The notes below the pieces were generated by a model. The model was given only the letters and a program-made list of their open reading frames with translations, was not told the origin of the DNA and made no database searches. The position numbers and the translations under genes were made by a program. DNA of 64,000 nt from Camelus ferus (Eukaryota). Below, piece after piece: positions 37,621 through 51,670 of the stretch. The stretch's first letter is position 1; each line of letters opens with the position of its first letter. The stretch covers positions 31,932,001 to 31,996,000 of the forward strand of contig NC_045697.1 in assembly GCF_009834535.1 (NCBI RefSeq), read 5' to 3'.

Positions 37621-40365
37621 AGAGGGCTGCAGCCAAGATGGCAGCACTGGAAGACTCTAAACTCACGTCCTCCCATGAGCACATCCAAATTACAACTGCT
37701 TACAGAGCAACTATCTGTGAGAATGTCCTGAAGACTAGCAGAAAAGATTTTCCACAACTAAAAATATAAAGAAGGAACCACACAAGACAGGTAGGAGGGG
37801 AGGTGATGCAGTATAATCAGGGCCTTTGGGTCAGCAAACCACAAATGGAAGGAATATCCAATGTCAGAGGTATTCCCCAAAGAGTGAAGGGTCTGAGTCC
37901 CATATTAGGCTTCCATGTCCAAGTCCTACATGGGAAAGACAAGCCCCCGGAAAGTCTGACTTTAAAAACCAGCAGGGCTTATGTTTAGAGAGTTGGAAGT
38001 CTACAGGAAACAGAGACTCCTCTCTTAAAATGTGTGCACATAATCTCACATGCTACTAGTCCCAGCAGAAAGGCAGAATTTGAAAGGAGCCTGGGTCAAA
38101 CGTACTTGCTGACCTGGGAGAGCCTCTCCAAGAGGCAGAAGGCAACTGGGACTCTGCTGGGGTCAGAAATGTTGGCAACAGAAATGTTGGTGAATTCTAC
38201 TCAACATTTAATGAAGTATTAATGACTATAATTCTCAAACAATTCCAAGAAATTGAACAGGAAGGAATGTCTCTGAACTGATTCTATGAGGCCATCATCA
38301 CCTAATACCAAAGTCAGATAAAAACACCACACACAAAAAGAAAATTAGAAGTCAATGTCACTGATGAACATAGATGAAAAAAATCCTCAACAAAATATTA
38401 GCAAACCAAATTCAACAATACATTAAAAGGATCATACACAATGATCAAATGGAATTTTTCCCAATAATGCAAGAATGGTCCAATACCCACAAATCAATCA
38501 ATGTGATACACCACATAAAACAAACTAAAGAATAAAAAATGTGATCATCTGAATAGATGCAAAAAAAAAAAAAAAAAGCTTTTGAAAACATTCAATATTC
38601 ATTCATGATAAAAACTGTCAACAAAGTGGGGGAACATACCTCAACATAATAAAGGCCACATATGACAAGCCAATAGCTAACATCATACTTGTTGGTGAAA
38701 TTTGAAAGTGTTTCCTCTAAGATCATGAACAGGACAAGAATGTCCACGCTCACCATTTTTATTCAACATAGTGTTGGATGTTGTTGTCACAGCAATGATG
38801 AGAAAAAGAAATAAAAGGAATTCAAATTAGAAAGGAATAAGTAAAACGTCACTGTTTGCAGATGACATGATACCACATATAGAAAATCCTAAAGACATCA
38901 CCAAAAGACTGCTAGAATTATACATTAATCCAGTAATGCTGCAAGATACAAGATTAAGATGTAGAAATCTACTGTGCATCTATACACTATTAATGAATTA
39001 TAAGAAATAGACATTAAAGAAAACAATCCCATTTAAAATTGCATCAAAAGAAATAAAATGCCTAGGAATAAATCTATCCAAGGAGGTAAAATACATGTAC
39101 TCTGAAAACTACAAGATATTGATGAAAGAAATTGAAGAAGGATATACAATGTGCATGGATTCGAAGAATTAGAATTCTCAAAATGACCACACTCCCCAAG
39201 GCAATCTACAGATTCATGGAAATCCCTCTCAAAATACCAATGGCATTTTTCACGGAACATAAACAAATAATTCTAAACATGAAAGACTCCAAATGAACAA
39301 AGCAATCTTGAGAAAGAAGAACAAAGATGGAGGTATCATGCTCCCTGGCTGCAAACTATATTACAAAGCTTCAGTATAATACTGGTACAAAAAAAGAGAC
39401 ATACAGATTAATGAAACAGAATAGAGAGCCCATAAATACTCTCATGCTTATATGTTCAATTAAATCTGTGACCAAGGAGGCAGTGAGGAAAAGAGAATCT
39501 CTTCAATAAACAATATTGGGAAAACTGGACAGCTACATGCAAAAGAATCAAACTGGACTACTTTCTCACACCATACACAAAAAGACACTGAAAATGAATT
39601 TCAGACTTAAACGTAAGGCCTCAAGCCATAAATCTCCCAGAAGAAAACATAGTCAGTGTGCTCTCTGACATCGGTCTTAGCAATATTCTTTTGGATCTGT
39701 CTTCTCAGGCAAAGGAAACAAAAGCAAAAATAAACACATGGGAATATATCAATGTAAAGCACTTATACACATTGAAGCAAACCATCAATGAAGTAAATTA
39801 ACCCTCTGAATGGTAGAAGATATTTGCAAATGATATATCTGATAAAGGGCTAATACCCAAAATATACAAAAAACTAATAAAACTCAACATCAAAACAAAC
39901 AATTAAAAAATGGGAAGAATTCAATTAAAAAAAATGGAGAGAGGATCTGAACAGACATCTTCCTAAAAAAGACATACAGATGGTCAACAGACACATGAGG
40001 TTATACTCAACATCACTGATTTTCAGGGACATGCAAACAAAACCTCAATGAGATAATACCTCAAACTTGTCAGAATGGCTGTCATCAAAAAGACAACAAA
40101 TAACAAGTATTGGTGAGGATGTGGATAAAAGGGAACCCTCGTGCACTGTTGGTGGAACTACTATGGAAAACAGTATGTAAGTTCCTCAAAAAATTATAAA
40201 TAGAACTGCCAGGTGATCCAGCAGTTTCACTTCTTGATAGCTACCCAAAGAAACAAAAATATCTATTCAAAAAGATATACGCACCCCAATGTTCATAGCA
40301 GCATTATTTACAATAGCTAAGATATGGAAGAAACCAAAGTGCCCATTGATAGATGGATAAAGAAG

Positions 40366-40405
<40 letters not shown>

Positions 40406-40417
40406 ACCCTCTGAATG

Positions 40418-40468
<51 letters not shown>

Positions 40469-40958
40469 AATGAATATTACTCACCCATAAAAAATGAAAT
40501 CTTGCCATTTGGGACAACATGGATGGATCTAGAGTGTACAAGTGAAATACATCATACAGAGAAAGATAAATTTCTTATGATCTTCCTTAGACGTGGAATC
40601 TAAAAAATAAAACAAACAAAACAAAGCAAAATAGGCTCATAGATACAGAGAGCAGACGTATGGTTGCCAGAATGAAGGGGAGTGAAGGGGAGTGGACAAA
40701 ATAGGTGAAGGAGATTAAAAGGTACAAACCTACAGTTAAAATAAATAAGCCACGGGGATGTCACATACAGCACAAAGACTATGGTTAATAATATTATAAA
40801 CTTTGTATGGGATCAGATGGTTACTAAACCTGTCATGGTGATCATTTCATAAATAATATATAATATATAATATATAACAGCATATAAATATCAAATCACT
40901 ATGTAGTACACCTGAAACTAACATACTATTGTACGTCAACATTTCAATTAAAATAAAA
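37621..40958 (+). mobile_element. Older L1 (L1MA9-like) with both ends present but ORF1 and EN deleted; inserted into an L1ME remnant (about 37330-37620 and 40960-41500)
   Basis: Starts gcagccaagatggc (L1 5' end, YY1 motif); at about 38190 it jumps to ORF2 (ggtgaattctac); FADDM at 38855; the 3'UTR resembles 11728-12354. Confidence 0.85.
40371..40468. repeat. Compound (GT)n(AT)n microsatellite with a 16-bp unique insert
   Basis: Read directly; the insert is at 40404-40419. Confidence 0.9.
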
Positions 40959-42447
40959 GAGGAGAGGACATTCCCAGGAAATTGTCTCAAATTACAGCCT
41001 CCTTTAAAAAATGGAAATTAAAATGATATGTCATTTCTGAGTATCAATTTGTCCAAAATAAAAACATTGTGATTATTATTTAGTGTTAGAGAAAATGTGA
41101 GGTTAGTGCTCCAAAACAATATGCCTGATGTGAGTGTAAATCACAATATTATTAGAGAACAATTTGACATTTTATGTCAAAAATTGAAATCACATACTCT
41201 GAACCCAGTAATTCCAGTTAAGGAATCTATTATAGAAATATTCACATACATTTGCAAAGAAGTCCTTTGCAACATGATGATACAAATAAAGGAAAAATGT
41301 ATATACTTATTAAAAGGGGTATGGATAAATTCATTTTTAGAACATCCAAGCTATTAAATAATTATTTTTTTAAAAAGATAGATATATTAATACAAATATA
41401 TATTGCTGTTTTAAAAAACATGTTGCTGAGTAGTTATATATTGTTATCATTTTCTTCTAAATCACACATGTTAGGAGGAAATATTGATAAATATATATGA
41501 ATGACACAAGCATGGGCTTATAATAATTTTTCTCTTCATTCTATTTTTGTGTTAAGTCTTTTCAATAAGAATAGTATGCATTATTAATTCTTTGGATGGG
41601 AACTAGATTACATGCATGCAATATTGAAACGACACTTTTATTCATTAACAAGATGATAATGTACCACCATAAGCACTTTAAAAACCTCTCAATGCAGTGA
41701 TTTTACAAATTAAAGTGATGCTTTCTTCGACTTTCACTTTATCAAAAGGAGGGTTATGTTACCAGTTCCATTATTTAGAAACTCTTAACAATATAAACAC
41801 ATGACATTTTAATGATGATATGATGTTTCTTTCTATTGAATCCCTATTCAAAACAAAAATGCCCTTTGTGTATTGTACATACACTCCTGACAGGCATTCA
41901 CACTGAGGTTTCATGTAAAAATTCAGTAATATCTGAAACACAATTCAGAAAGTCAAGCCAGTCTATTCAGTGCTGTCCTGAACTTTAGAAGTAAATTCAA
42001 TCTGCACAAATATCATTGAACTATTATTATGAAAGCATATTAAACAATTCCATTTTTCTCTTTTAAAGGTGTCTCATGTATTCCTAAAACAATTAACAGT
42101 TGAAGATACACAGCATAGTAAGAAAGAAACAAAAACACTTAGTGAGGTCGAGTTAGTTGTGTTCAAATACGTACAGTGTTGTCATGTGGAGAAGATGAGA
42201 CAGACACACATTCTCTGGCTTTAGAGGCTGAACTTAGTCAGATGTGTGGAGATAGCAGAGCAGAAGAATGATTTTAGCAGTATAAGAAACTTCTAAGCTT
42301 TCACTTTTTATCATTCAATTCTCTATTACCTGCATAGGTATTTTTTTTAAGAAACATGTATTATTTTTAGAATGAAAAAAATCACATTCAGAAAAAAAAA
42401 GTAGAGAAAAAGGAAGTAGAGTCATGAAATCTTCAAGAATTGATATA

Positions 42448-42597
42448 GGGGAGGGTATACCTCAGTGGCAGAGCACATGCTTAGCATAAATGAGGTCATG
42501 GGTCCAATCCCCAGTACCTTGGTTAAATAAAAAATAATAAATAAATAAACCTAATTACCCACCTCCAAGAAAAAAATTAAAAAAAAAAAAAAAAAAA
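42448..42597 (+). mobile_element. vic-1-like tRNA-Ala-derived SINE, full length
   Basis: A-box-like tacctcagtgg, B-box-like ggtccaatccc, (AAAT)n linker, poly(A) tail; TSD aagaattgata at 42435-42445 and 42596-42606. Confidence 0.9.
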
Positions 42598-43829
42598 GAA
42601 TTGATACCGAAAGTAACTTTAGTATTGTCAGATAATGGAAAAGGTTTTCTCAAAGAGTACCATTCTTCATCCCAGGAAGCTTTCCAATGGATAGTAGGCA
42701 ATTAAATTCCAGAGATACATAGGCCAAGTTCCTAATTTAGTTTGAATTAAAAGATCTCTAAACTCTATCTGAAATACAATAGACTAACACAGCATTATAA
42801 CATTTAGTCCTGCACATATATGAACATTACTCTAAATGTAATTAATCTCCAGGAGCCTAACGCAACTGGAAACATGTCCACAGGTAGTGACTCATTTTGT
42901 GAGTAACATGGAGGCATCCCTGGGAATGGAAAAAGGGTTAAATATCAACCCTAACTGAACTTAAATGCTCTGCCAAAAAAGTTCTATATATTTTATTTTA
43001 ATTCCTGGAAAAATTAAATCATAGGGTATCTTTCTCTTTATTCACTTAATAATACAAGTTTCTATGGAAAAAATATTAAAAATAGTTACACCAAGATTTG
43101 ACTTTCTAATTCTCTAATCCTCTGTTTCCCTAAACCTTTCTTTAAATAAATTATCATGTTTTAACAGATTAAAATAAATAAGGGATAACAGCAGAATGTA
43201 TAGATATATGGGAGAGAGAATATGCTGACTCCAGAAACCCTACTACAGTATGTATCCATATTTAGCAAAGCATTTGCTACTAAATTTTAGAGAGAACTGC
43301 CTAGTGGATGCCAGACTGTCTTCTATGATCTCCCTCTAAGGAGGAGTAACTCTTCTTAAAAATATGCAACTTTCTTTGAGGAATTATAAGCTGTTCTCTT
43401 TTCCTCATTGTATGTGTAGCACTGGTGAAAAGATAATTTTCAGAAACCATATTCTACTAAAGCCCAAAGACAACATTTCCCTCTCTTTACACAAGGAGAG
43501 TCAGGAAGTGATTTAAGTTGGGTGAATTAAGTGCTCTATGCTGTGAATATTACACTTGAGAAACAGAGGCCAGAATAAGCAAGAACAGGTCTCAGAGGAA
43601 GCATGCTTTCAAACCTCCGTTCATGCTCCCAGAACTTCAGGGTTGCCTTGGTTCTCGTTTTCAAAACAGATCCCCAGGATCCCAGAAATCTCGACTCTCA
43701 CCTATATTCTTCTCCTTTGCATAACTTAGCCAAATTCATTTTCTGTTGCTGGCAGCCAAAATCCTTCAATTATCAGGTGAATGACAAAGTTATAGCACTA
43801 AATTCAGATACACAGTAAGAATTACTATT

Positions 43830-45165
43830 CCTAATATAAAATAATTTTAGAAGATTTACATGGATGCCAGAGACATAGTTTTGTGAGGGTGCTAGATACA
43901 TATTAGTTTGAAAAACACTCTGTTTACAACAGTAGGAAAACCAACCAAATACTAGGATTAAATCTCATTAAAGGCATGCAAGACCCCTTCACAGAAAAAC
44001 ATAACATTTCTCTGAGAGAAAATAAAGAAGATCTAAAAAACTGGAGAGATACACGTGTTCATAGATTTGAAGTCTCAAAATTTCAAGATGTTAATTCTCC
44101 CCAAATTGCTCTAAGGATTAAATGAAATCCAAGTAAAAATTGCAATTTTGTGTGATGTGTGTGCATTTGTGTTTGTAACTTGACGAGTTTCTACTTAATG
44201 TGGAAATGCAGAGTCAAGAATAGCTAAGATGCTACTGGGGAAGAACAAGGCTAAAAGACTTGCTCTATGGGATATCAGGAGTTATAAAAATACAGTTATC
44301 AAAACAATGTTGTATTGGCACAAGGACAGACAAGTGAACAAATAAACGGGACAAAATGGAGAGTTCATTACCAGATGCATGCATATACGGACAACTGATT
44401 TTTAACAAAGTTAGCACTTCATACAGTGGGGAAGGGGCAGTCTCTTTCAATAAACAATTCTAGGGCAATTTAACATCTGCACGGAGTAAAATGAAACTTG
44501 ACATCTATCTCACATAATACGTAAAAACCAATTCCAGGTAAACTGTAGAGCAAAATGTGAAAGGTAAAACAATAAAGCTTCCAGAATATAATACAGGAAA
44601 GCAGCTTTATGACAGTTCAGGGAAAGATTTCTTAAACAGGACACAATAAGCAATAACCATGAAGGAAAAGACTGATACACTGGACCATATAAAAATTAAT
44701 CATTTTTGTTTCCAGCAGACAACATTAAGAAAGTAAAAAAGGTAAAACTGCATATCCTGGGAGGAGATATTTAGAACAAACACAACAAACACAGGAGTTT
44801 TACACTTTGTGTGTGTGTGATCATACAAATCCACAGAGAGGAAAGAAAAGATACGGCAGGAGATTTAAACAAAAACTTCACAAATTGCCAAATGGAACTC
44901 AACCTAAATGGTCAGATATGCAAATTAAAAGTAACTGAAGACACCAGAACATGCCCATCAGAGTAACTAGAATTTAAAAACCTGACAAATCCCAATGGTT
45001 GGTAAGGATGTGAAGCAATGGGGAAAAATCTCAAGTGGGAGTGCATAACTATACCATGTCAGAAGCAGGTTAGCATTACCCCTAGAGTTGAAGATACATA
45101 TTCCTAGCAGTTCTGCACCTAAGTATACACCCAACAGACATCAAGATAGGAATTAGAAACATTAA
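43830..45165 (+). mobile_element. Ancient L1M (MC/ME-type) ORF2 3'-half remnant
   Basis: aaatactaggattaaatct, tgtattggcacaaggacagacaa, gggaaagatttcttaaacaggacacaa and similar segments. Confidence 0.75.
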
Positions 45166-47640
45166 TAAAAGAGCACTGTGAATTTTGTTCTATTACTTTT
45201 TTCCTATCTAGATTCATGTATTCAGCAATTGTTCCTTCTTCTACTAACTGCCTTTTCCTAATGTGTCAAGTATTTGATTTTCATACTCTATTGATATTTT
45301 ATTGAAATTAATGGCAAGATAAAGCTTGTAACAGGAATAAAATTAATTGAATTTTGAATATATCATTGACAAAGTGTGTGATCATCCAAATCATCAGTTA
45401 TTTGTAGACTGGACAGTAAACACACCTCAGAAACCAAGAAGGAAATAAAATATATAGGAAAACCTAGTGGAACTGTTTCTTATATACTTCCTCTTGCACT
45501 GAAGTAATATAATATTCAAAACCCTCAACATAACTAATTGATTTTATGTAAATGTCATTGATTTCTTTGCTTATTTAACTCTGGTATTAGGGTCTTGCTG
45601 ATTGTGAGGCTTAATTCAAAGTTTAAACACTTGTAGAACACTTATCTTTTCTTTAGTTTTAAACAAAATTTCTAGCCCCAAAGACCATTCAACACTGATC
45701 TGAGATCAGATGAGACCAGACTGAGAACACATTAGGAAATTTATTATTAAAAATTTGCCTGGAGTTCTCCCCTAAACATTTTGGAGACAGTACAGCTTAA
45801 CAAAATTATATATTTTTTATTCTAACTTTTGTGTTGCAGAGTGAATAGATGTACATGTGACATTTTAAAAAATAAGGAATAATGCATTACTTCAGCAGGG
45901 TAAAAGCACAGTTGATTATCACATTAAGGATACACATACAGGAGCAAAACTATTTACCCTTAGGAAAAAGGGACTGGAACTGTTTCAGTGAATTTTTTCA
46001 GTAGATAGAAGTTAGCAATTCCACACCTAAATATATTTTATTTTATAATTTAATAACGTATTTTATTCATAGAAAGAAAAGCTTGGAACATATAAATTAT
46101 AAATTCAACATAATGAAAAAGTAGATTATCCAGATTGCTTCGAATGCACCGTCCAAATTCTCTAAGAAGCTACAAAATTTTCACTAGCATTATGTATTCC
46201 TGGCCTCAAAGAAAAGATGAGTTGTTTAAAGCCCTGCTTCCTATTAGGCTTTGCACACTTACTGCAATTACTGTATGTAACTCGCTTTCTGTCAGAGCCA
46301 TCCAGGATTCTACTGTTATCTTTCATGGACAATTTCATAAAATTCTTACAGAAAACTACAAGCAGTCAATAGAACTGAAGCTGCCATAAGGAACACAACA
46401 ACGCTAAATGGATGGCTTTAATTATCTTTACAGCTGCTGGAAGTCTGGAGAGGTAGACCACAAACAAGTATTTTCTTTATTAAATAAATTGAGTGTTCTT
46501 TTTCAAACAGCCAGGAATATCAAGAGAACAGAATGGAAAGAGAATCTTTCTACTTAATGCATTTGTTAAAAACTAACCAAAGGAAAACACAGAAATCCTG
46601 GAGGGATCCTTTCAGGAAAGCAATCATAAAAATTCAGTATTTGAACGTTTTAAATTTTTTTCTAAAGATTAACCAGTCAATATAAATGCACAGCAAACAG
46701 TTTTTTAAACTTCAGATTGACAGATGTTAAGTATCTATTAAAGATGAAATCTAGACAAGCCTTCTATTTGGGAGCCCTTCTGTGCTTTTTATGTTTCATT
46801 TATTTATGGGTATATTTCTTTCGACTTGGCTTTTTGCCATTTAATTCCCAATATTGCTTCTTCAGTTTTCTCAAATGCTCTTTTCTTTTCCTCTCCCCTT
46901 TGACCAAAGTCCATTATCATCTCTTCATTCTCCATCTCAAAGCAGAATTTTCCTGAGAGACATCATTAAAATCCTTCACATGCCTTATGCTTACCTGATC
47001 TCATGCAAGGTGAAATTTTTCTTTCTTGATTTTACTCATTCCAAGTTTTTCACTGACATAATTTATCTGTCACTGCAATAGCTCTAGGGTTCATTTACCA
47101 TGTTCATTTGTGAAGATCCTTATTTAATAAGGAAGGCTATGAAATCACCTTCACTGGGGATAATTAAGACCACAAGAATTGTCTTCCTGTCAGATATGGT
47201 TTAGGAAAATCTTTCCTGAAAATACGGAAAATGTATTAAACAGGTTTAGAAGGCTTTATTAGTCTTATGGTGTATAATGAGATATTATGTGATTACCTGG
47301 GGTATTTTTTAACATGCTCTTCTGAACAAAAAGGACACTCATTTAGTAATACAATAGAATCTTATGTGTTCTGATGGTTTGGAATCAGAAACAAACTTGA
47401 TATTTTTAAAAATGCAAAGTATCAGTTAAAAATGCCTCAGATTCTTTCCTTAATGGGAATAGATCTGTCAACCTCTGACACATTAGGAGACATTTCTGCT
47501 GTTATAACCACTGTGAGCTAATTTTCTAGATAATAATAATAATAAATATACTCAAAGTGATGTGCATTCTGCATTGCTAAGTTCATCTAAGATGTCTTCT
47601 TAAACTAATACAGGAAAAACACAATTATCCCAAATTTTGT

Positions 47641-48128
47641 TAATTTTTTTCTCATAGTTTGTATCTGCTAATCTCAAACTCCTAATTCACCCCTTTCCTA
47701 CCCTCTTTCCCCTCTGGTAACCAACCATAAGTGTGTTTTCTATGTCTGTCAGTCTGTTTCTGTTTTATAAACAAGTTCATTTTGTCTTTTTTTTAAGATT
47801 CCATATGTAAGTGATATCATATATTTGTCATTCTCTCTCTGACTTACTTTACTTGGTGTGACAATCTTTAGGTCCATCCATGTTGCTGCAAATGGCATTA
47901 TTTCATTCTTTTTGATGGTTGAGTAGTATTCCATTGTACATGTGTACCACAGCTTCTTTATCCAATCATCTGTTGGACATTTAGGCTTCTTCCATATCTT
48001 GGCTATTCTAAACAGTGCTGCTATGAACATTGGGGTGCATGTGTCTTTTCAGCTTAGAGTTTTCTCCATGTTTATGCCCAGGAATGGGACTGCTGGATCA
48101 TATGGCAACTCTATCTTTAGTATTTTAA
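47641..48128 (-). mobile_element. Short L1 fragment (ORF2 C-terminus plus partial 3'UTR), truncated at both ends, with an 11-bp TSD
   Basis: Encodes MFIAALFRIAKIWKKPKCP..DWIKKLWY; TSD ccaaattttgt at 47630-47640 and 48129-48139. Confidence 0.88.
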
Positions 48129-48229
48129 CCAAATTTTGTCCACTTTTAATGGTGTAATGAGGAAAAAAACTCTCTATGAGAGATAATCCTGAAACAATAG
48201 GGTAATTTTGATTATTAAAAAGGTAAATG

Positions 48230-49200
48230 ATGCCTTAATTCACCAAATGGTAATTGAAAACTCTCTTTGTGTCAGATATAGTTCTAAGTGTATAAGCTTG
48301 CATGAATATAACACTGGCTATGCTATTGAATGCCTTATAGTCTCTTAAGAAAGGCCTTTACACAAGTAACTATTACTCAGAGTAGTACCTGTTAAGTGCC
48401 ATAAGAAGGTAAAAATTAGTGCCTGATAAATATCAAGAAGAAAAAGGTCATTAATTTTAGACTGGCTACATTTGATCAGGAATTTGAAGATGTCATGTCA
48501 GGTTGCATTAAGGACTTGGTAGCATTACAATAAATGATGAAGACAGAGGGAAGAATTTCCAGGCAGCAGAAATATAAATAGAGGTGGAGGTATAGGATGA
48601 GAGAAGCCCAGATAGGTCAGGGGAGTTCTGAGTGGGCTTTGGCTAAAATCTGGGCCATATATTAATGAGTTAATGTATTGAGAGGTGTTGTCTGAGCTCA
48701 AAATTTGGTTGATTTTATATGCCAAGTTAAGAATTCTGGACTTTTTTCTTTAGACAGCTGAGAAATATCAAGAGGACAAGCATTAGTTTTATTTAACCAT
48801 AACCCAAACTTTTATGAGTTTGTTGATTAAACCTCATTTTATAGTTAAGGACATAACTTAGAGAGATTAGAGAATGTGTACAAATATGCAGAAGTAATAA
48901 GTGGTTTTTATTCTAAAACCTATATTCTTTCTACACCACAAGGCAGAACAGTTACTATAATAATATGAGCAACGTAGTGATTGTGGAAGATCAAATAGCG
49001 TGTAGCATATGGGGCAAAACAGTGAAGGAAAAGACTGAAGTCAGAGACATCGTGAAGTTATTATAAAAATAGTTCAAGTGAGATGAAATGGAAACCTGCA
49101 ATAATTGTAGTAGGAAAGTAATGGGAAAGGAATACATAAAATGATACTGCAAAGAATCTACACAGCTTCTTTCCTGAATTATAAAGGGAATACCAGGATA
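48230..49200 (-). mobile_element. Decayed L2 fragments with an intervening MIR
   Basis: tgtgtcagatatagttctaagtg, aatttccaggcagcagaaa, gttaagaattctggactt, aatagttcaagtgagatga. Confidence 0.5.
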
Positions 49201-50309
49201 ACTTCAAGTGGCTATTTCTTTCTAAGTTAAAGTTAAATTTCTTAATTAAAACTTTAACACAGTTAAGACCCCTCAAAATGAATAAACAGCAGATATTTAA
49301 ATACTAATACATAGCTCAGAAACCCAAAACATAATTCTCTAAATACCAAAAATGTTGTAAGACATAATATTTAAGCTATCTGATTTGCTTTTTTTTTGGT
49401 GTTGTTGTTTCTATACTTTGGGTTAAAATAACCTGGTAGAATTGGACAAAAATAAGCATGGTGTTATATGGATTAAAATAATTCTTGAAATTGATGTTTT
49501 CAAATCATTCACACCAGAAAGGAGCTTATACGCAAGATGGTAATTTAACCTAGAAGCTAGAGGAATTAAAAATGCATTTCTTTTTCAATTCAACTGAAAG
49601 CATTATTAATTCTAAGTATTTCCTTGATACCTGTCACCATGGTATCAAATCACAGAACTATTAGAAGAGAAACACTAAAAGGGAACTGAAACTGCTATGT
49701 CTTTTTATTCCATTGTAAGTCATATCAAAGCTTAGGAACCAAGAGAAATACTTCCAAGTTATTTATTCTGAGGTTAAAGGGGGACACTGAAAAAAATATA
49801 TCTTTGATGTATTCCTGCACATGTTAATACTGAGACTAGAGCGAGTCTTCAAGATCACAGATCAGGAACTAGGGCGTCTGAGAACTCACTGCCTCTGGCA
49901 TCAGTGAATGAAGTTCACTGCACGCCAACAAGGACAAAGATTACAGACTTGAGTAAAATGAGAAGCTGAAAGAAGGACCAGGGCAGAGAGGAAAGATGTT
50001 AGAAAACATAATTTCTCTTCTAGGCAACATCTATAATTTGCACTGATTTTTGAATAGTCCTTGGTGTGTTACTAAACAATATACAAGTTGTGTTAAAATT
50101 GGGCATTATGGAAGTGTTCCTGCCAGTGATTTTATCCTAAATTAAAGACTGTTAGAATATATAGAAGTCACGGTTTTGGCTTTCAAGCAGACTACTCCAA
50201 AGTAGCAAAGGAGTCAACTCTGCATGTAAATCTATAGTCACATTTATATCCTAGTATAAATAACACAGAGACGTTTGAGGGTTCCAAGAACTGGCAAAAA
50301 ATATCTGTG

Positions 50310-51670
50310 TTGCCTGATCAACTGGACATCCACACACAGAAACAGAATATAAATACAGCCCTTACACCCCTCACAAAAATCAGCTCAGAATGGATCATGG
50401 ACCTAAATGTAAAACACAAGCTATGAAACTCCTAGAAGATAACATAGGAGAAAACTTAGATGACTTTGTTTTTGGAGGTGACCTTTTTATTTGAAAAAAT
50501 ATATACATGAAAGAAAAAAATGATAAATTGGACTTCACTGAAATTAAGAATCTCTGCTCTGTGAAAGACACTGTTAAGAGAATGAAAGGGCAAGCCATAG
50601 AAAATATCTGTAAAGCCACATATTCGATAAAAGACTTGTATCCAAAATACACAAAGAATTCTTAAAACTCAACGATAAGAAAACAAACAACCCAATTAAA
50701 ACATGGTGAAAAATATCTGAACAGACACCAGACTAAAAACAGTGTACAGATGGCAAATAAGTAGACGAAAATTTGCTCAACATATGTCATAGGAAATTAC
50801 AAATTAAAACAACGTGATACTACTGCACATCTATTAGAATGGCAAAATTAGGAAACACTGACACCTCAAATGCTGGCGAGGATGTGGAGCAACAGGAACT
50901 CATTTATTGGTGGTGAGGAAACAAAATGGTACAGTCACTCTGGAAGACGACTGACAGCTTCTTACAAAGCTAATTATAGTCTTACCATATGACCCAGCAA
51001 TTACACTTTATCCATATGTGTTGAAAACATGTCCACACAAAAACCTAGACACAAATGTTTATAGAAACTTCATCCATAATTTCAAAAAAATGGAAGCCAT
51101 AGGTAAACAAACTCTGACTTGGAATATTATTTAGCAACAAGAAAAAAAATAAGCTCTCAAGCCACAAAAAGAAAGGGAATAACCTTAAATACCTGATGCT
51201 AAGTGAAAGAACCCAATCTGAAAATGCTGCGTTCTACAAGATTCCAACTACATGACATTCTGGAAAAGACAAAACTGTAAAGACAGTAAAAATGTCTATT
51301 GCTTCCAGGGGTTCAGGCAAGGAAATGAGGGAAGAGAGGAGAGGTGAACAAATGGAGCACAGAGATTTTTAGGACAGTAAAAATATTCTATATGCAACTT
51401 TAAAGTAGATACATGACATTATACTTTTTCCCAAACCCACAGAAAGTACAGCACAAAGAGTGAACCCTAATATGAGCTATGGGCCATAGTTAATAATAAT
51501 GTGTCAATATTGGTTCATCAACTGTGACAGAAGCACCACACTAATGCAAGATGTTAAAAACAGGGAACTGCGGGAAGGGTGGGGGGCATATGGTAACTCT
51601 GTATTTTCTGCACAATTTTTCTATAAACCTGTAACTGTTCCAAAAAATAGAGTCTATTAATTTTTAAAAG
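50310..51670 (+). mobile_element. 5'-truncated L1MC1/2-like element
   Basis: Paralogous to 21290-22700; near-TSD aaaatatctgtg (50298-50309) / aaaacatctgtg (51678-51689). Confidence 0.85.

Noticed and set aside
42448..42520. tRNA-Ala gene
   Set aside because: Mutated boxes, SINE tail, poly(A) and TSD show it is a SINE head.
45696..45723. 5S rRNA-like tgagatcagatgagacc with a small palindrome
   Set aside because: Only about 20 bp with several mismatches, and the flanks do not extend the match.
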